NCBI RefSeq assembly: GCF_006345805.1
Contig: NC_043000.1
Location: 81,902,001-81,966,000 of the forward strand
Source: Octopus sinensis
Lineage: Eukaryota
DNA: 64,000 nucleotides
Direction of reading: 5' to 3'
How positions within the stretch are numbered: position 1 is the stretch's first letter; each line of letters opens with the position of its first letter. Below the pieces are notes generated by a model that worked only from the letters and a program-made list of their open reading frames with translations, searched no databases and was not told the DNA's origin. Both the position numbers and the translations under genes were made by a program. Positions 51,363 to 64,000 of this stretch are shown here, piece by piece.

Positions 51363-51697
51363 TGAAGGTGCATGGCTCAGTGGTTAGAGCGTCGAGCTTA
51401 CGATCGCGAAGTTGTGAGCTCGAATCCCGGACCGGACTGCGTGTTGTGTTCTTGAGCAAGACACTTTATTTCACGTTGCTCCAGTTCACTCATCTGTAGA
51501 AATGAGTTGCGACGTCACAGGTGTCAAGCTGTATCGGCCTTTGCCTTTCCCTTGGATAACACTGGTGGCGTGGAGAGGGCAGGCTGGTATGCATGGGTGA
51601 CTGCTGGTCTTCCATAAACAACCTTGCTCGGACTTGTGCCTGGGAGGGTAACTTTCTAGGTGCAATTCCATGGTCATTCATGACCGAAGAGGGTCTC
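51363..51697 (+). mobile_element. tRNA-derived SINE (head A2, tail T3)
   Basis: TGGCTCAGTGG A-box, GCTCGAATCC B-box, CTTGAGCAAGACACTTTATTTCACG central box. Confidence 0.85.
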
Positions 51698-51873
51698 GAT
51701 AAATGTTGAATGCAACACGTTCCATCTGATCTAATGGGAGGCAGAATATCACACGCTTACACACATGCATAGACACAGACATATGTTTATACGCATTCAT
51801 ACACAGACATCCACACATACACGCACACATACATATTTATATACACATATTTGTGTATTTATATATGTATAAA

Positions 51874-52140
51874 TGAAGGCCCGTGGTCTAGTGGTTAGGC
51901 TGTTTCACACACGATCGCTAGATCGTGGGTTCGATTCCCTGAAAGAGTGGCGTGTTGTGTTCTTGAGCAAAAATCACTTCATTTCACGCAGCTCCAGTCG
52001 GCCTTTCGATCAGGGGGAAATGTTGGCCTGCTCGTCTAGCTAGCGGGCTGGTATCATTTGAAGGCTAAAACAATGCAAATGCGCATTGTGACCAGCGATG
52101 TGTAACATCTGATAACGTGGTCGGTCACATAACCACGTGA
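51874..52140 (+). mobile_element. tRNA-derived SINE (head A2, tail T1)
   Basis: GGGTTCGATTCC B-box; tail shared with the 570 copy. Confidence 0.85.
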
Positions 52141-52603
52141 TATGTATAAAACAGAGTTATTAGTGACGGATTATCAATTCGAGCGAAACACTTTATAAGC
52201 CCTCTGTTAGTACATCAGACTAGCAATATTGTTTACATTTGTGAAGAACTCCGCGTATTCTTGTGGTAGCGTCCGATCATTGGGTCGATTGAGTAAACCT
52301 ATCAATAACGAACCTATAATGACCACTAGAAACAACTGGAGGTCAACTATACTACAAGGCAAGAATATATAATGACCATTATGAATACCTTGTCTTACGT
52401 ACGTACATACATACATGCATATAAGTACACACACACACACACACGCACACACACACACACACACGCACACACACACACGTACACACACACACACAAAAAC
52501 ATACACACACACAGAGTTCAAATTTATAGAAAAACAAGACGATGACAGATCTTTGAACAACAAGCCATTGTATTAGTTTGACGCTCGGAAAAAATGAAGA
52601 AGT

Positions 52604-52639
52604 CTTTTACGTTTCGAGCCTTTGCTCTTCAACAGAAAG
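52604..52639 (-). ncRNA. Minimal type-I hammerhead, CUGUUGA core
   Basis: Minus: CTTT-CTGTTGA-A-GAGC-AAAG-GCTC-GAAAC-GTA^AAAG; host element ~52500-52810 homologous to 27420-27606. Confidence 0.7.
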
Positions 52640-53339
52640 GAATAAGAGAAAATAAACAGAGAGAGAATGAAAAAAATCTGTAGATTTAGCGGTCCAGCAT
52701 GGCGAATGATCAGAAAATGTTTGAAAAAAAGGGAAATAATAATAGAAAAAAAAGAGGTTGAAAGAAGGGGAGATAATAAAGTGCTGGTGATCCCAAATGT
52801 AGGTGCGCATGCGTATGTGTGTATGTGAGAATGGCGTGTGCGAAAGTGTGTGTGTGAATATAAGCTAGTGACTCTGTCATGGGTGAGTGTGTGCGTGTGT
52901 AAGTGTGTGCATCTGTAACATGTGTGTGTGTGTTGTGTGTTGTGTGTAGCAGTTGAGGTGTGATTTTTTATGTGGTGTGTGTACATGTGTGTGTGTGTGT
53001 GTCTGTGTCTGTGACCAAACAGTGTGCATGTGTATGGTATATATATGTGAGTGAAAGTTATCTTTGCCTATGTACGTAGCGTGTGTTAATGCGTGTTGCG
53101 TGTGTATGTATATATAGCCTGTGTTCAGGTGTTATGTGCTTGTGTGGTTGTGGGAGTATATATTGTCAGTGTTCAGGTATTACGTGCTTGTGTGGGTGTG
53201 GCAGTGTGCATGATGGTGTGTGGCGTTTGTACTGAGCTAAACAGTGTGTGTGGCTGCTCAAATAGTGGCATGCGTGGTGGCGATATTGAAGATTGTGTGT
53301 GGGTGTGTGGATGATAGCTGTGATGTGGGTGCTGGGAAA

Positions 53340-54650
53340 TAGTCAGTGCTAGTGTGTGTGGAGTAGTGTGAAGTAGTATTATTGAAGAGAGGAAGTAGGT
53401 GTCAGATGTAAAGAGGAGGAGATCTCAGCCCATATCGAGCAAAGGAGCGAAGAAAGAAGATCAAATCCTGTTCTCAATGAAGGCGGGAGTCCGGATGGCC
53501 CATGTGCAAAGACAGTCCGAACACATACAGATATTGTAGTGAATGACCGGTAGAGCAGAAATGGCGCGAGACCGGGGTGTCATGGCCGAGTCTGATGATG
53601 TTCCGCGAACCGGTAAGCCAAGTGGTGTCCCGTTTGACTGATGTACAAGGAGGGGTAGAAGGAGCAGGAAATGCAGTAAATGACGTTACTAGAAGTGCAG
53701 GTAAAGGATTCAGTGATGTGATAGGGACGAGGATGGATGCCTGTGAGGATGGTGGTGTTGGAGAGGTAGAGGCAGGTACGACAGCGTGGGCGGGAGTAGG
53801 GGAATAGGCTGAGAGGTGGGGTTAGGGAAAAAACTGTAGACCAGGAGGTCACGTAGGCTATAGGTTCGTTTGAAGGAGGGAAGGGGTAGGTTGGGGATGA
53901 TAGGCGAGGTGGAGGGGTCGGAAAGCTCGGAGAATGGTGCGTTGGAGAGGCAGGGTGTGGGGTGGTAGGTGAGGGGAAACGGGAGACGGGCAACGGCGCG
54001 TGCGGTGAGAAAGAGCAGAGGCACCATCCACAGATCGTGTCCTGGCAAGGTCAGTGTGGATAGTGGTGTGAGGATATCCACGTAGGATGAAGTGGAGTGC
54101 CATGAGTTGAGACTGAGTCTCAAAATCATGGTTGTCACTGTAGTGCCTGCGCAGACGGAGGAATTGGGATTAGGGGATGGAGAACTTGGTGTGGGTCGGG
54201 TGGGAGAGAAAAAGTTAAGGTAGGAGTGTAAGTCAGTGTTTGCAGTGGATGGAGGTAGTAAGAACGGAGTGGTCTATACTGACAGAAATGTCGAGAAATT
54301 CGACGGAAAAGTTAGAGATAATGCAGGAGAATTCGAGGGCAGGATGGAAGGATTGGACAAAAGAGAGGAAGGACTCAAGTTGTTCGCGGGAGAGTGAGAG
54401 GGCACTGATGCAGCCATCGATATAATGACTGTATAGTTCGGTGGTGGTGAGAATATTTGGGCCTCAACGTAGCCAACGAACAGGTTCGCATAGTTGGCGC
54501 CCATTCTCGTTCACAAAGTCACTTCCCAGATTTGTTGGTAAAAGTCCCCCGCGAACGAGAAGCAGTTGAGGGAGAGAATAAGTTCGGTCCGACGAAGAAG
54601 TGTGGAGGTGTCAGGTTGGGGGTTAGGTCGAAGGTCCAGAAAGTCGAGAC
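53340..54650 (-). pseudogene. Penelope-like element RT plus GIY-YIG, decayed
   Basis: LILSLNCFSFAGDFYQQ, MGANYANLFVGYVEAQIF, PSFKRTYSLRDLLV, FTCTSSNVIYCISC..LYISQTG..RFAEH. Confidence 0.88.
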
Positions 54651-54745
54651 TATAGTAGAAGATACTTGCCCAAGGTGCCGCGCAATGGTAAGGAACCCCA
54701 ACCCCCAAACATCTTAACCACAGTGCCATGCTCGGACCTGCCTAT
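54645..54745 (-). mobile_element. SINE group B head abutting the PLE
   Basis: Minus: GCGGCACCTTGGGCAAGTATCTTCTACTATAG. Confidence 0.7.
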
Positions 54746-55051
54746 AACTGTGTATACATATTTGCATTACTTTTCTTTTCCTGCAGCTCGCAACTTCTTG
54801 ATGGAGCTGTAAAGGGAGCTGTCGTGACATACAGCGTATCTTGAGCACTTTTACATTTGATGGATCCTACTTCTCTTTCCTCAGGCCAAACTATAACCAA
54901 TTACTTCCAAAAGAAGAAAAAAATCAGACAGCCGGAAAGCAGCATGGACCTCCGATGGATGAAAGGCAAAAGACGATTGGCCGCGGCGGGATTTGAACTC
55001 ATAGTGTATAAAGCAATCTACTCGACGCTTTAACCATTCTGCAAATCGGCC

Positions 55052-55102
<51 letters not shown>

Positions 55103-55159
55103 TATAATATATAAATATATGCATATATACATACATATATGTATATATACATGCATATA

Positions 55160-55345
55160 TTGTTATAGGACATAAAAAACGTAGACAAAATGAGAAACAA
55201 GAGCATAAAAAATTAAAACATAGAAAACCGACTTTTTTTCGAACAACGAAGAAAACAGAGAAACGAGTCATGCGACATAAAGAACATTCCCTTCATCAGT
55301 TGTTCCCTTTTTTTATCTTCTCCGCGTTTGTGTCTCAAAGCAAAT
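55160..55345 (-). mobile_element. Group D fragment
   Basis: AAGAACATTCCCTTCATCAGTTG matches 23190-23212. Confidence 0.65.
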
Positions 55346-57407
55346 AAAGCTATAAACGATATCGCGTTAATATTGGGCTAAAACACTTTGGATTGAGAAA
55401 GTCGAAGGCTGCCCGCGGGATATGAACCCACATCTGAAAACATGACTGACGTTCTACAATTTTGCCTAATGCAATGCTGTCTCACCCGCGGCTCAGTCAA
55501 GCGCCGAGAGGATGTCTATGTATGTTCACGAGTACAGAAGACAATTAGCGAGAGCGTGATACGAGCTGCCAAGTTGCGCTCGTTCTCAAATGACAAGCAG
55601 GATCAAGAATGTCTGTGCTCATGATTAGATGGACATCTAAGCCCATTAGTAAATGAATGGTGCATGCTTGGTACCAGACTATCGCTGATTCTAAATGTCA
55701 GCCGTAATTACATACGCGCGCACACACACACACACACACACAACACACACACACACACATACACACACACACACAGACACACACACACACACAGACACAA
55801 AGTATATTCGCGCACAAAACAACGAGGAGCAAAATAAAATTGTATACTTCTATTCTAACACGCTCGTATTCACTGGAACGTGAAAAGCATCCGCCACAGG
55901 ATTTACTTTTGGAAAAAACGCTTTTCCATATAGACATAATGTGAAAAGATACATAGAATCAAGTTCCAAATGACGTCAGTTAACTACCAGACACGGTTCT
56001 TCTGTGTTTATTCTGCTCCTTGAAATTTAAGACACGTATATTAGATCAATTCCGGTTTGATAAACCTCGACACACAGACCAGCTTTATTTGCTGTTTTCT
56101 ATATATAGGAAGAGAAGTTCCGGTTTAGCTCCTTGTGACTCAGGCGGCATCTGTCACTCAATGGCAAAATCAAACCAAAACAGTGTATGGCCGTCCGTTG
56201 ATTAATGGCGTAGCCAGAAAGTGTATCGTCCAGGGCAGCCCTTGATTTCACTACGCAGCCATGGGTCCCCTCCAATACAGACTTATCCAGCAGAACGGAA
56301 ATTGCCACCACCATGAAAGTGCCACTCTTTCTAGTTACGACTCTTTGTTGACGTCATTTGGTGCTTTGTTCGATGGGTTTTTACAAAAAGTTTGAAATAA
56401 AAATATTACTCCGAAGCTGAATTCTGCAGCAAATGCTTTTTTGTACGCGTTCAAGTGTATAGTAGTGTGTTCAAGGTCAATCTGTACCAAGTGGCTTCCA
56501 TCTCCGTTACCACAGCAACAGTCGCGATATCCATCCATCTATACATGCATACATGCATACACGCGCGCGCGTACACACACATTTGATGCACATCGTCGAA
56601 GTCAAATCTTGCCCGAGTTCTACAGCTTCTCAGAATGTAAATTTCTTGGATATTGCCATGGATCACTGAAAGAGGACACCAGCTCAGTGAGGAATTGCTG
56701 GAGATTTCCGGAATAAACAAGGAAAGAACTGCTGCTCATTTGTAAAATTGATAGGATGTAGAAAGATGTCAAGGAAAGGTCGAGCAGATATGGACGAATA
56801 CCTATATCGCCACCGCATAATCATATCGCATATCGGACCACATGTGACCAGGATAAAACATCTGGTCTTTCACTTCCTGTTGAAGGGACGGGTTTCGTTG
56901 TTTTAGAGTGGCTATTTATTGCGTGTAGGGAAGGCGACAGAGAGAGGTATTCTAACAGAATTTGACATGTTATATCTGATGATATTCCTCATGTTAGAAA
57001 CTCGGTAGAATCTCGCTGTAAATAGGTTCTGACCCACACATACCGAAAAAAAAAGAGGGTCGATTGGTCGAAGATTGGTCTAAAATTCTTGGATCATAGG
57101 AAAATTCTCGACCAGATAGACCTGTTGAACGGCACTCACTTCCTTATTGCGTTGGGATTTAGACAGCCTAGGTACCATACATTTGGCTGGAGCCAAACCA
57201 ATGATAATCAGTGTGGCTACCAAAATCTAGAATCAAAACCCCAAAACATTAATAACAACTGTAATAATAACAGCAACAATTACCAAAAATAGTGCCGAGA
57301 GGAGAGTACCGAGAAGTGAAGCAGAAGAGGAACCACTTCCCCACCAGATAAAGGGAAAAAACATCAATACCTGTGCTTCTACTACACTCTCCGACTATTC
57401 TTTTCGT

Positions 57408-57625
57408 CAACCCTTAAGAATTCAGATTATTCTGTTAAATGTAATACTTATTAATTCATATTATTTTGAATTAATCATGCATTATCCTACACCTTCAATA
57501 TTTTGATAATGGGGTAGTTTATTTTTATAATGATATTGTAGGGTAGATGTGAAAGGCCAGATCAGGCCAGTTTGAAAATAAAGCAGGGAGAATATTTTGG
57601 CCGGTTATGGCCGGTTTAAACGCTA
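57408..57625 (-). mobile_element. piggyBac-like MITE, second copy
   Basis: Reverse complement of 7501-7728, one end eroded. Confidence 0.65.
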
Positions 57626-59952
57626 TGATGACGAGGACGTGGAAAATGGACCGTGGTAGACTGTTGACATGGAGAAGAGAAAGAAAACGACCGTTAACAG
57701 TCCTACTATTACCAAAACAGAAAATTTGTTAATGTACCAGAAAAGCCACCGAACAGCCGCCAACAACTACCAGCACAATAGTAACAACGATAACACCGAA
57801 AGCAAACAACAAAAGCAACAACAGTATAAACTACAAGCACAATAACAACCACATCGAAAAGAACAGATAAAAACTACGGAATAAACGACAGTAACCAAAC
57901 ATGCGACAGCAGCACCAAAGAAAGCAACGACAACATACATAGACAACAACAACCTACACATACAGTTTAGCTACACTATCCTCTGATGGAAGAGCGCTGG
58001 AACATGTAAGAACACAACAAAGACTTGCAAATACGACGAGAGAGAGAGAGAGCATCAACAAAATTCTTCCATATCTGGAACCAAGTCGACTTGAGACGAC
58101 CATATCAGAAATGTAAATAGATATATTGAAATTTTCTGGAGGACATTCTAGACTTTCGAAAAAAGCCGGAAAATTCAGTGATGCAAGCGACGTTTGGAAT
58201 TCCTGGTGTTCTGAACGTAAAGTTACTTTTTTTACTTTTTGGGTGAGTGAAGTGATATACCTCATTCGGTCAGCCGGAGAGAATGGAATTGCAGTATTTC
58301 TTCAGGAATGTTTGGATCTTGTAATAAGGATGATCTATTTGTACTCGGATGGTCTTAGACGTGAGAAGTAGCAAAGGTGGGCCCTTCAGACTAGAGGCTG
58401 TCTATTCCCTGATTGGGACCGAGCGATCAAACTTATTCAGGCACCTAGAAACGTTTTAAGGATCATCTCACTTAGTAGTGTTAGTGGGTGATTGAAATGG
58501 CAGACAGAGATTACGTGGGAGGAGATGATAAGAGAGAGGAGTCGAAGAGGACATAAGACTTGCTCAGACATTTTCAAGTGTATAGAAGATACTGACAATA
58601 TTTCATTTATGTGTCAGTGGGATCTTAGAGAAACTAAATTATCAGGTCGGATCAAGATAGAGTTTCTTCTTGATCTGCTAATAAGGACAAGGTGAAATGT
58701 TCATAATTTCAGGCATTTAACTACACAGATTAATCTAGATGGGAAACATAGACAGGGGCTCAGCGAGGGCGATCGTCGACAACCGATGGTGGGTCTCTCC
58801 GAGGTGAGGAATTATGGGAGAATCGATAGGGGTTAGCATACAAAAGTAGTTTTTACATACAAAAGATTAGAGGGAGATTAAAAGAGGTGATTAGGAGAGA
58901 CATCACGACGTTAGCGTGCTGGCAGCGAAAAGAATGGCACACGACTATTCCTTCGCTACGAAACATGAAGGTTGATTTGTCTGAGTTAAGACGCATGTTC
59001 TCAGACACAAGAAAGCAAAAACCATCTGACGAGTCTGGATAGAAGAGCTGTGACATGGAAACAAACGTTCCCTTGATGAACTACGTGTGTTGAATGCCAT
59101 TCGGTTCCAGGTAGATATAATTGGCTTTGGGGCTGTGTGTTACCAAACTGATTGAGGAAAAGTGGAAGGCAGGAAATTCTGCTTTAATAGCAAGATGCGA
59201 CTTTCGCTGTGTAAAGCCCCTCTCTGAAAGTATGATGTCTAGCCTGTTTTACAAATTACTTAAATTTCAATTATTTTCTTTGTACTGGAAGGATAAAATG
59301 CAAAGATATTCAAAACTGAAATTTTCAGAACTTGTAGAAAATTTTAGAAAGTTTAGACATTTTTCTTCTTTACAAATATATTTCGTTTCAAAGCAGAATT
59401 ACACAGAAATATCATGTCACGTTCTTTGACAATCTCAAACTATCAGCTCTTTCTTTTTTTACCCGGTATGCCAAGCGACACGAAGTCCTAAAATGGTGAC
59501 GTCTATTATTTTCCTTTTGCATGTTCTCTCTCGGTCAATGTAACCGCCTGCTATGCTGGAAAGAAGAGAAAACAATGCATTATTCCTGTCGTCAAAAAGA
59601 TGCACTTTTTCTGATGCTGAAACTCTTACCACGCTATCTTGGCTCTACGTCTACGCATGTCTGTGAATGTAAAAATGTGTGTGTGTGCGTGTGTGTGTGT
59701 GCGTATGTGTGTGAGCGGCTTGCAGTCACTTGGAAAATGGAATGCAGCGTTCAACTCTCTCTACAGTTCCTTGTCTCCATCGAAATGGTTAATACCAGAG
59801 AGTGTCATTGTTTCCAAATATGTCTTGCTGTTAACTTAGGTTCTATGCAGCAATAATAACTTATCTATGGAGCAATAATCACTTATTGAATCTATCGTCT
59901 GCTCAGCATGATGATGTTATCACAGTAGCAGTAGCAGCAGCAACAGCAGTAG

Positions 59953-60088
59953 CAGAAGAAGAAGAAGAAGAGAAGAAGAAGAAGAAGAAGAAGAAAGAAG
60001 AAGAAGAAGAAGAAGAAGAAAAAGAAGAAGAAGAAGAAGAAGAAGAAGAAGAAGAAGAAGAAGAAGAAGAAGAAGAAGAAGAAGAAAG
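59953..60088. repeat. (GAA)n
   Basis: Direct; explains the poly-Glu ORF. Confidence 0.95.
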
Positions 60089-60318
60089 ATTTTAATCCTA
60101 GTGCACTCCCTTGCGAACGAACCGCGTCACGATATAAAGAGCAGTTTACAGGGGGTTTAGAGTTAGGGTTAGTACAAAAGGCTTTTTTTTTTTAATCACG
60201 GACTTCCTTCAGAGAGAGCTGACTAAGAAAGTAAATAGATACAGAAAGAAAGAAGGAAATATTCAATAAAAGAGACTGGGAAAAGTTGCTGTCTTCTACA
60301 CCAAAAGGAGACAGAGGT

Positions 60319-60361
<43 letters not shown>

Positions 60362-60378
60362 ATATATATTATTAATTA

Positions 60379-60700
60379 AGACTCCGCCGGTTACGACGAC
60401 GAGGGTCCCAGCTGATACGATCAACGGAACAGCTTGCTCGTGAAATTAACGTGCAAATGGCTGAGCATTCCACAGACACGTGTACCCTTAACGTAGTTCT
60501 CGGGGATAATCAGCGTGACACAGAGAGTGACAAGGCCGACCCTTTGAAATACAAGTACAACTCATTTTTGCCAGCTGAGTGGACTGGAGCAACGTGAAAT
60601 AAAGTGTCTTGCTCAAGGACACAACGCGTCGCCGGGAATCGAACTCACAATCTTACGATCATGAGCCGAATGCCCTAACCACTAAGCCACGCGCCCTCAC
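60379..60700 (-). mobile_element. tRNA-derived SINE (head A2, tail T4)
   Basis: Minus: TGGCTTAGTGG, GAGTTCGATTCC, CCTTGAGCAAGACACTTTATTTCACG. Confidence 0.88.
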
Positions 60701-61389
60701 TCCATATATATATATATATTTAATGAATGTGTATATATATCTCCATACCTGCACACACGCACAAAGTTCCACTGAATACGTACATACTGTATTCATTGAA
60801 ATTGTGTATATATATGTGTGTGTGTTTGTGCATGTGTGTATGTATGTGTGTGTGTATGTATGTGATCGCGCGTGTGTGCGTGCATGTGCTTATACCTGTG
60901 CATAGAAATGAAATAAGAAGAAATGAAAGAAATAGAGAGAAGAGTAGCAGGGTGACTCTAACAAGTCGTATTTAACTGAAGGGGATCTTGTTTAATTAGT
61001 TACAGAGTCGAGACGAAAAATATATAATTGAGATCTGACTACCAGGGTTTCGACCGATTTCGCGCCTTCTTGAAAAAATCTTCTTGTGAAAACAGACGAC
61101 AGCGAATAACTGACTTATTTTGAGAATCGACACTGATTTTATTTTATCGATCTATCAGTCTATCTGTCTGTCTGTCTGTCTGTATACATACATACATACA
61201 TACATACATACATACATACATACATACATACATACATGCATATATACATATATACATATATACATACATACATACATACATACATGCATACATACATACA
61301 TACATACTACATACATACATACATACATACATGCATATATACATATATACATACATACATACATACATACATACAAATTTATGTATATA

Positions 61390-62580
61390 CTAGCTGAATC
61401 ACCGCCCCACGGGCGGTCGATTCTGCTTGTACATATCTAAACTCCTGTTCGTAGTTTGAAAGTAAAATGTGAAACTTACTATAATTTTCTTAAAGAATTT
61501 CCTTATAGACAACGTTGTCAGTGTAAATTCTTTTTCTACCCTTATACTCTGAGGCCAAAGCTAATATATGCACATTGTTCTCAAAACCAACCCTTCTGTT
61601 GGCAACATAGAACTGGCTATGGCTGAACACAGGTGTTGGCAGGTAAATTCCAGCTTTCTCTGAGCATTTGTCTAAGCCCTGGGATTTGTTTGATGTCATT
61701 CCAAAAGCCGGCTTCACAGGAAACTGCTTCCTGGAAAATGAGAACGGATAGTCTTTAGTGGTGGTCAGTGAAATTCGTGGTATCATTATTCGGATTCCAG
61801 CATGTGTCCCGGTGGCCACTTCTGCTTCAGTAATGTGGTTGTGCAGATTCAAGACTATATATCGTGTTCCGTTGCAATGACCTGCTGCATCAAGGTTTCT
61901 GAGCAGCATAATGGAAGAATGCTTCTTCAAAACCAAAACGTGTGGTGGAAACCCTGATGGATTGCGATCATTGATCAGTTCCACTGGGAATTCATTCTCG
62001 TTTTCGTGTAAAGTGTCACAGCTTCGATACGTTTTACTATCTCCTCGTAGAAATTTTGACATGACAACTGTATTCACTTCTTCAGCAGCCTTGTTTGTAG
62101 GAGTAATGATGGCTCTGCTGCTCATCCATAGCCTCCCTCCATAATTCTCATCAATACCTCTGAAGACCACTTCACAAAGGCCCCATAGCCTTGTAGAATC
62201 AATCAAATGCAGTGGAGAGACTGCAGTGGCAACAGTAATATGACCTTGTGATCGATCTTCAACGAGAATCAAATTGATTGTGTAAGTCTTCCCGGAGCCA
62301 CCACTCGCGTTCAAGCAAAATATTTCCCCCTCCTTGTTTATAACTGATTCAACAACTTGGTCAAAGATATACTTCTGTTCAACATTTAGAGTTAGGTACC
62401 TCTCGAAAACTCGGTCACAGAGAGCAGATTTATCAAAATTTAGCTCTTCCTGCAGTATCATTGGCAGAACTTCTAGTTCACTTTCAAAATCTGGCTCTGG
62501 AAGACCAAGATTTGCCATTGTGACTTCTTCTCTGACTAATCTTACTTTGATGGAAAGCAGGACCTCGTTGTAAAGGAATT
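61390..62580 (-). mobile_element. Helitron 3' portion
   Basis: Hairpin ACCGCCC-CAC-GGGCGGT (61401-61417), then CTAG (61390-61393) followed by T on the minus strand, downstream of a PIF1-like helicase. Confidence 0.92.
61490..62518 (-). CDS. Helitron RepHel PIF1-like (SF1B) helicase fragment with in-frame internal deletion
   Basis: GGSGKT Walker A; MLLRNL..CNGTR; RKQFPVKPAFGMTSNKSQG; VFSHSQFYVA; NVVYKEIL. Walker B region absent. Confidence 0.85.
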   Translation of the reverse strand: MANLGLPEPDFESELEVLPMILQEELNFDKSALCDRVFERYLTLNVEQKYIFDQVVESVINKEGEIFCLNASGGSGKTYTINLILVEDRSQGHITVATAVSPLHLIDSTRLWGLCEVVFRGIDENYGGRLWMSSRAIITPTNKAAEEVNTVVMSKFLRGDSKTYRSCDTLHENENEFPVELINDRNPSGFPPHVLVLKKHSSIMLLRNLDAAGHCNGTRYIVLNLHNHITEAEVATGTHAGIRIMIPRISLTTTKDYPFSFSRKQFPVKPAFGMTSNKSQGLDKCSEKAGIYLPTPVFSHSQFYVANRRVGFENNVHILALASEYKGRKRIYTDNVVYKEIL

Positions 62581-62589
62581 ATTTTGGTT

Positions 62590-63003
62590 TTCCAACGCGG
62601 TTTTGCCTTTTTTTGTCAATTAGCACTCCTCAAACTACAGCTCTCAATAAGCCACTTCTTCACTACAGTTTTCACTTCTTCATCACAGGAATAAAGTTTG
62701 CCTCTCAAACTCTCTTTCATGGGGCCGAATAGACGATAGTCCAGTGACGATGATAGTCCAGTAACGAGGAAGTAAAAACTGTAGTGAAGAAGTGGCTCAA
62801 ACAACAGTCAACAGAATTTTACGGGGCAGGTATACATGCTCTCATTCGAAGGTGGAACATTGCTATTGAGAGAAACGGTGACCATGTTGAGAAGTAGGGA
62901 TGTGATTCACAGAGGACCAGCTTCATTTTGATGTATGATACATGTTCCTGTGTTGGTAATTATACCTGTCCTAAACAAAATGGCATAACTTTTTGACTCA
63001 CCC
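62590..63003 (+). mobile_element. Rearranged mariner 3' end
   Basis: EEVKTVVKKWLKQQSTEFYGAGIHALIRRWNIAIERNGDHVEK* on plus; inverted copy on minus; TIR-like ACTTTTTGACTCACCC. Confidence 0.75.
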
Positions 63004-63229
63004 GCTGATATACTTATATATATATATATATTTCAATACGGAGCATATAATTCAAGAGAAAATATTTGCGAAGATATTATTGACTCTATTATTATCTAGT
63101 GTAACAATTAAAAAATGATAACAGAATCAATAATAGCATTAAATAGCCGAAGGATTAAAATGTCCTTTGTTTAATTTTAATCCTTCAGCTACATACACAG
63201 ACAGACAGACACACATACATACATATATA

Positions 63230-63323
<94 letters not shown>

Positions 63324-63399
63324 CTATTAGTTAAACTTAGTCTAATCTTGGGCTAATTTACAGTTACATTTATCTTTACCTATGTCCGGCGGTCTAGTC

Positions 63400-64000
63400 A
63401 GGCAGATAAACTGAAGGATCATTTGTACAAAGTTCTTTCACAGATTACCTCGATTACGAATGGCAATGATTTCATTATCGTGGCTGGCGCCGTCAACGGG
63501 ACATCATGGACAGAGCACAGATGGAGTCCAGGGGATGCATGGAGATGCTAAAAAGGAAAGGGGAACAAGGCTGCTGGAGTTTTGTAATGCAAATGACTTG
63601 ATTATCTGTAACACTAACATCACGAAACTAGCCAGTCACTTGATCACTAATCAATATGTTAGACACGCAAGTTAGATTGACTAGAATGTCATTAGAAAAC
63701 AAAACAAACAGATGCTTGTAAATACAAAATCTTTGCCGATGAAAAATGCAGAAACCAGTGTGGGTTAGTGGTTAGTGATTTCAGACTTAGAGAAACAAAC
63801 AAGTCTGGAAAAGAGATATGGAAGCTCAATGATCAAGCAGAAGTTAGAAAATTAGAAAAATTCCAGTTGAAGAATTTGACGAAAAAAAGGAGTTAGAGAC
63901 GTATAGCATAGATGGCAACTGGAATTTCCTATGGAACCTACTGAAGGCTACAAACCAAATCCGTGGCTGGTGAAAATTCTGGACAGTGAGTACAGATGGA
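63400..64000 (+). pseudogene. RTE-type LINE endonuclease region, decayed
   Basis: FIIVAG-VNG..GVQGMHG..GTRLLEFCNANDLIICNT..SHLIT. Confidence 0.8.

Noticed and set aside
58100-59100. Possible ancient LINE fragments
   Set aside because: Motifs are too decayed to support a call by eye
60150-60175. TTAGGGTTAG telomeric-like motif
   Set aside because: Fewer than two full units, which is compatible with chance

Overview
AT-rich eukaryotic non-coding DNA, most likely Octopus (inferred from the repeat families, not proven). No host gene can be called with confidence. Nearly all ORFs in the track are microsatellite artefacts. The window is a mosaic of simple repeats and mobile elements: at least three tRNA-derived SINE groups (about 35 copies), four to five mariner copies, Penelope-like element (PLE) RT/GIY-YIG fragments, RTE and CR1 LINE fragments, a Helitron 3' end and piggyBac-like MITEs. 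The strongest unexplained signal is a set of minimal type-I hammerhead ribozyme (HHR) motifs. Four complete folds sit in related ~200-bp microsatellite-embedded elements, two of them with a CUGUYGA (A6U) core. There is also an inverted HHR pair around a PLE ORF, several decayed relics, and a ~770-bp unit with terminal direct repeats. A second signal is two SINE dimers, each flanked by a single TSD and joined at the same nucleotide, which suggests RT template jumping. SINE head and tail modules also appear to be shuffled. Coordinates of degenerate elements are approximate (tens of bp).
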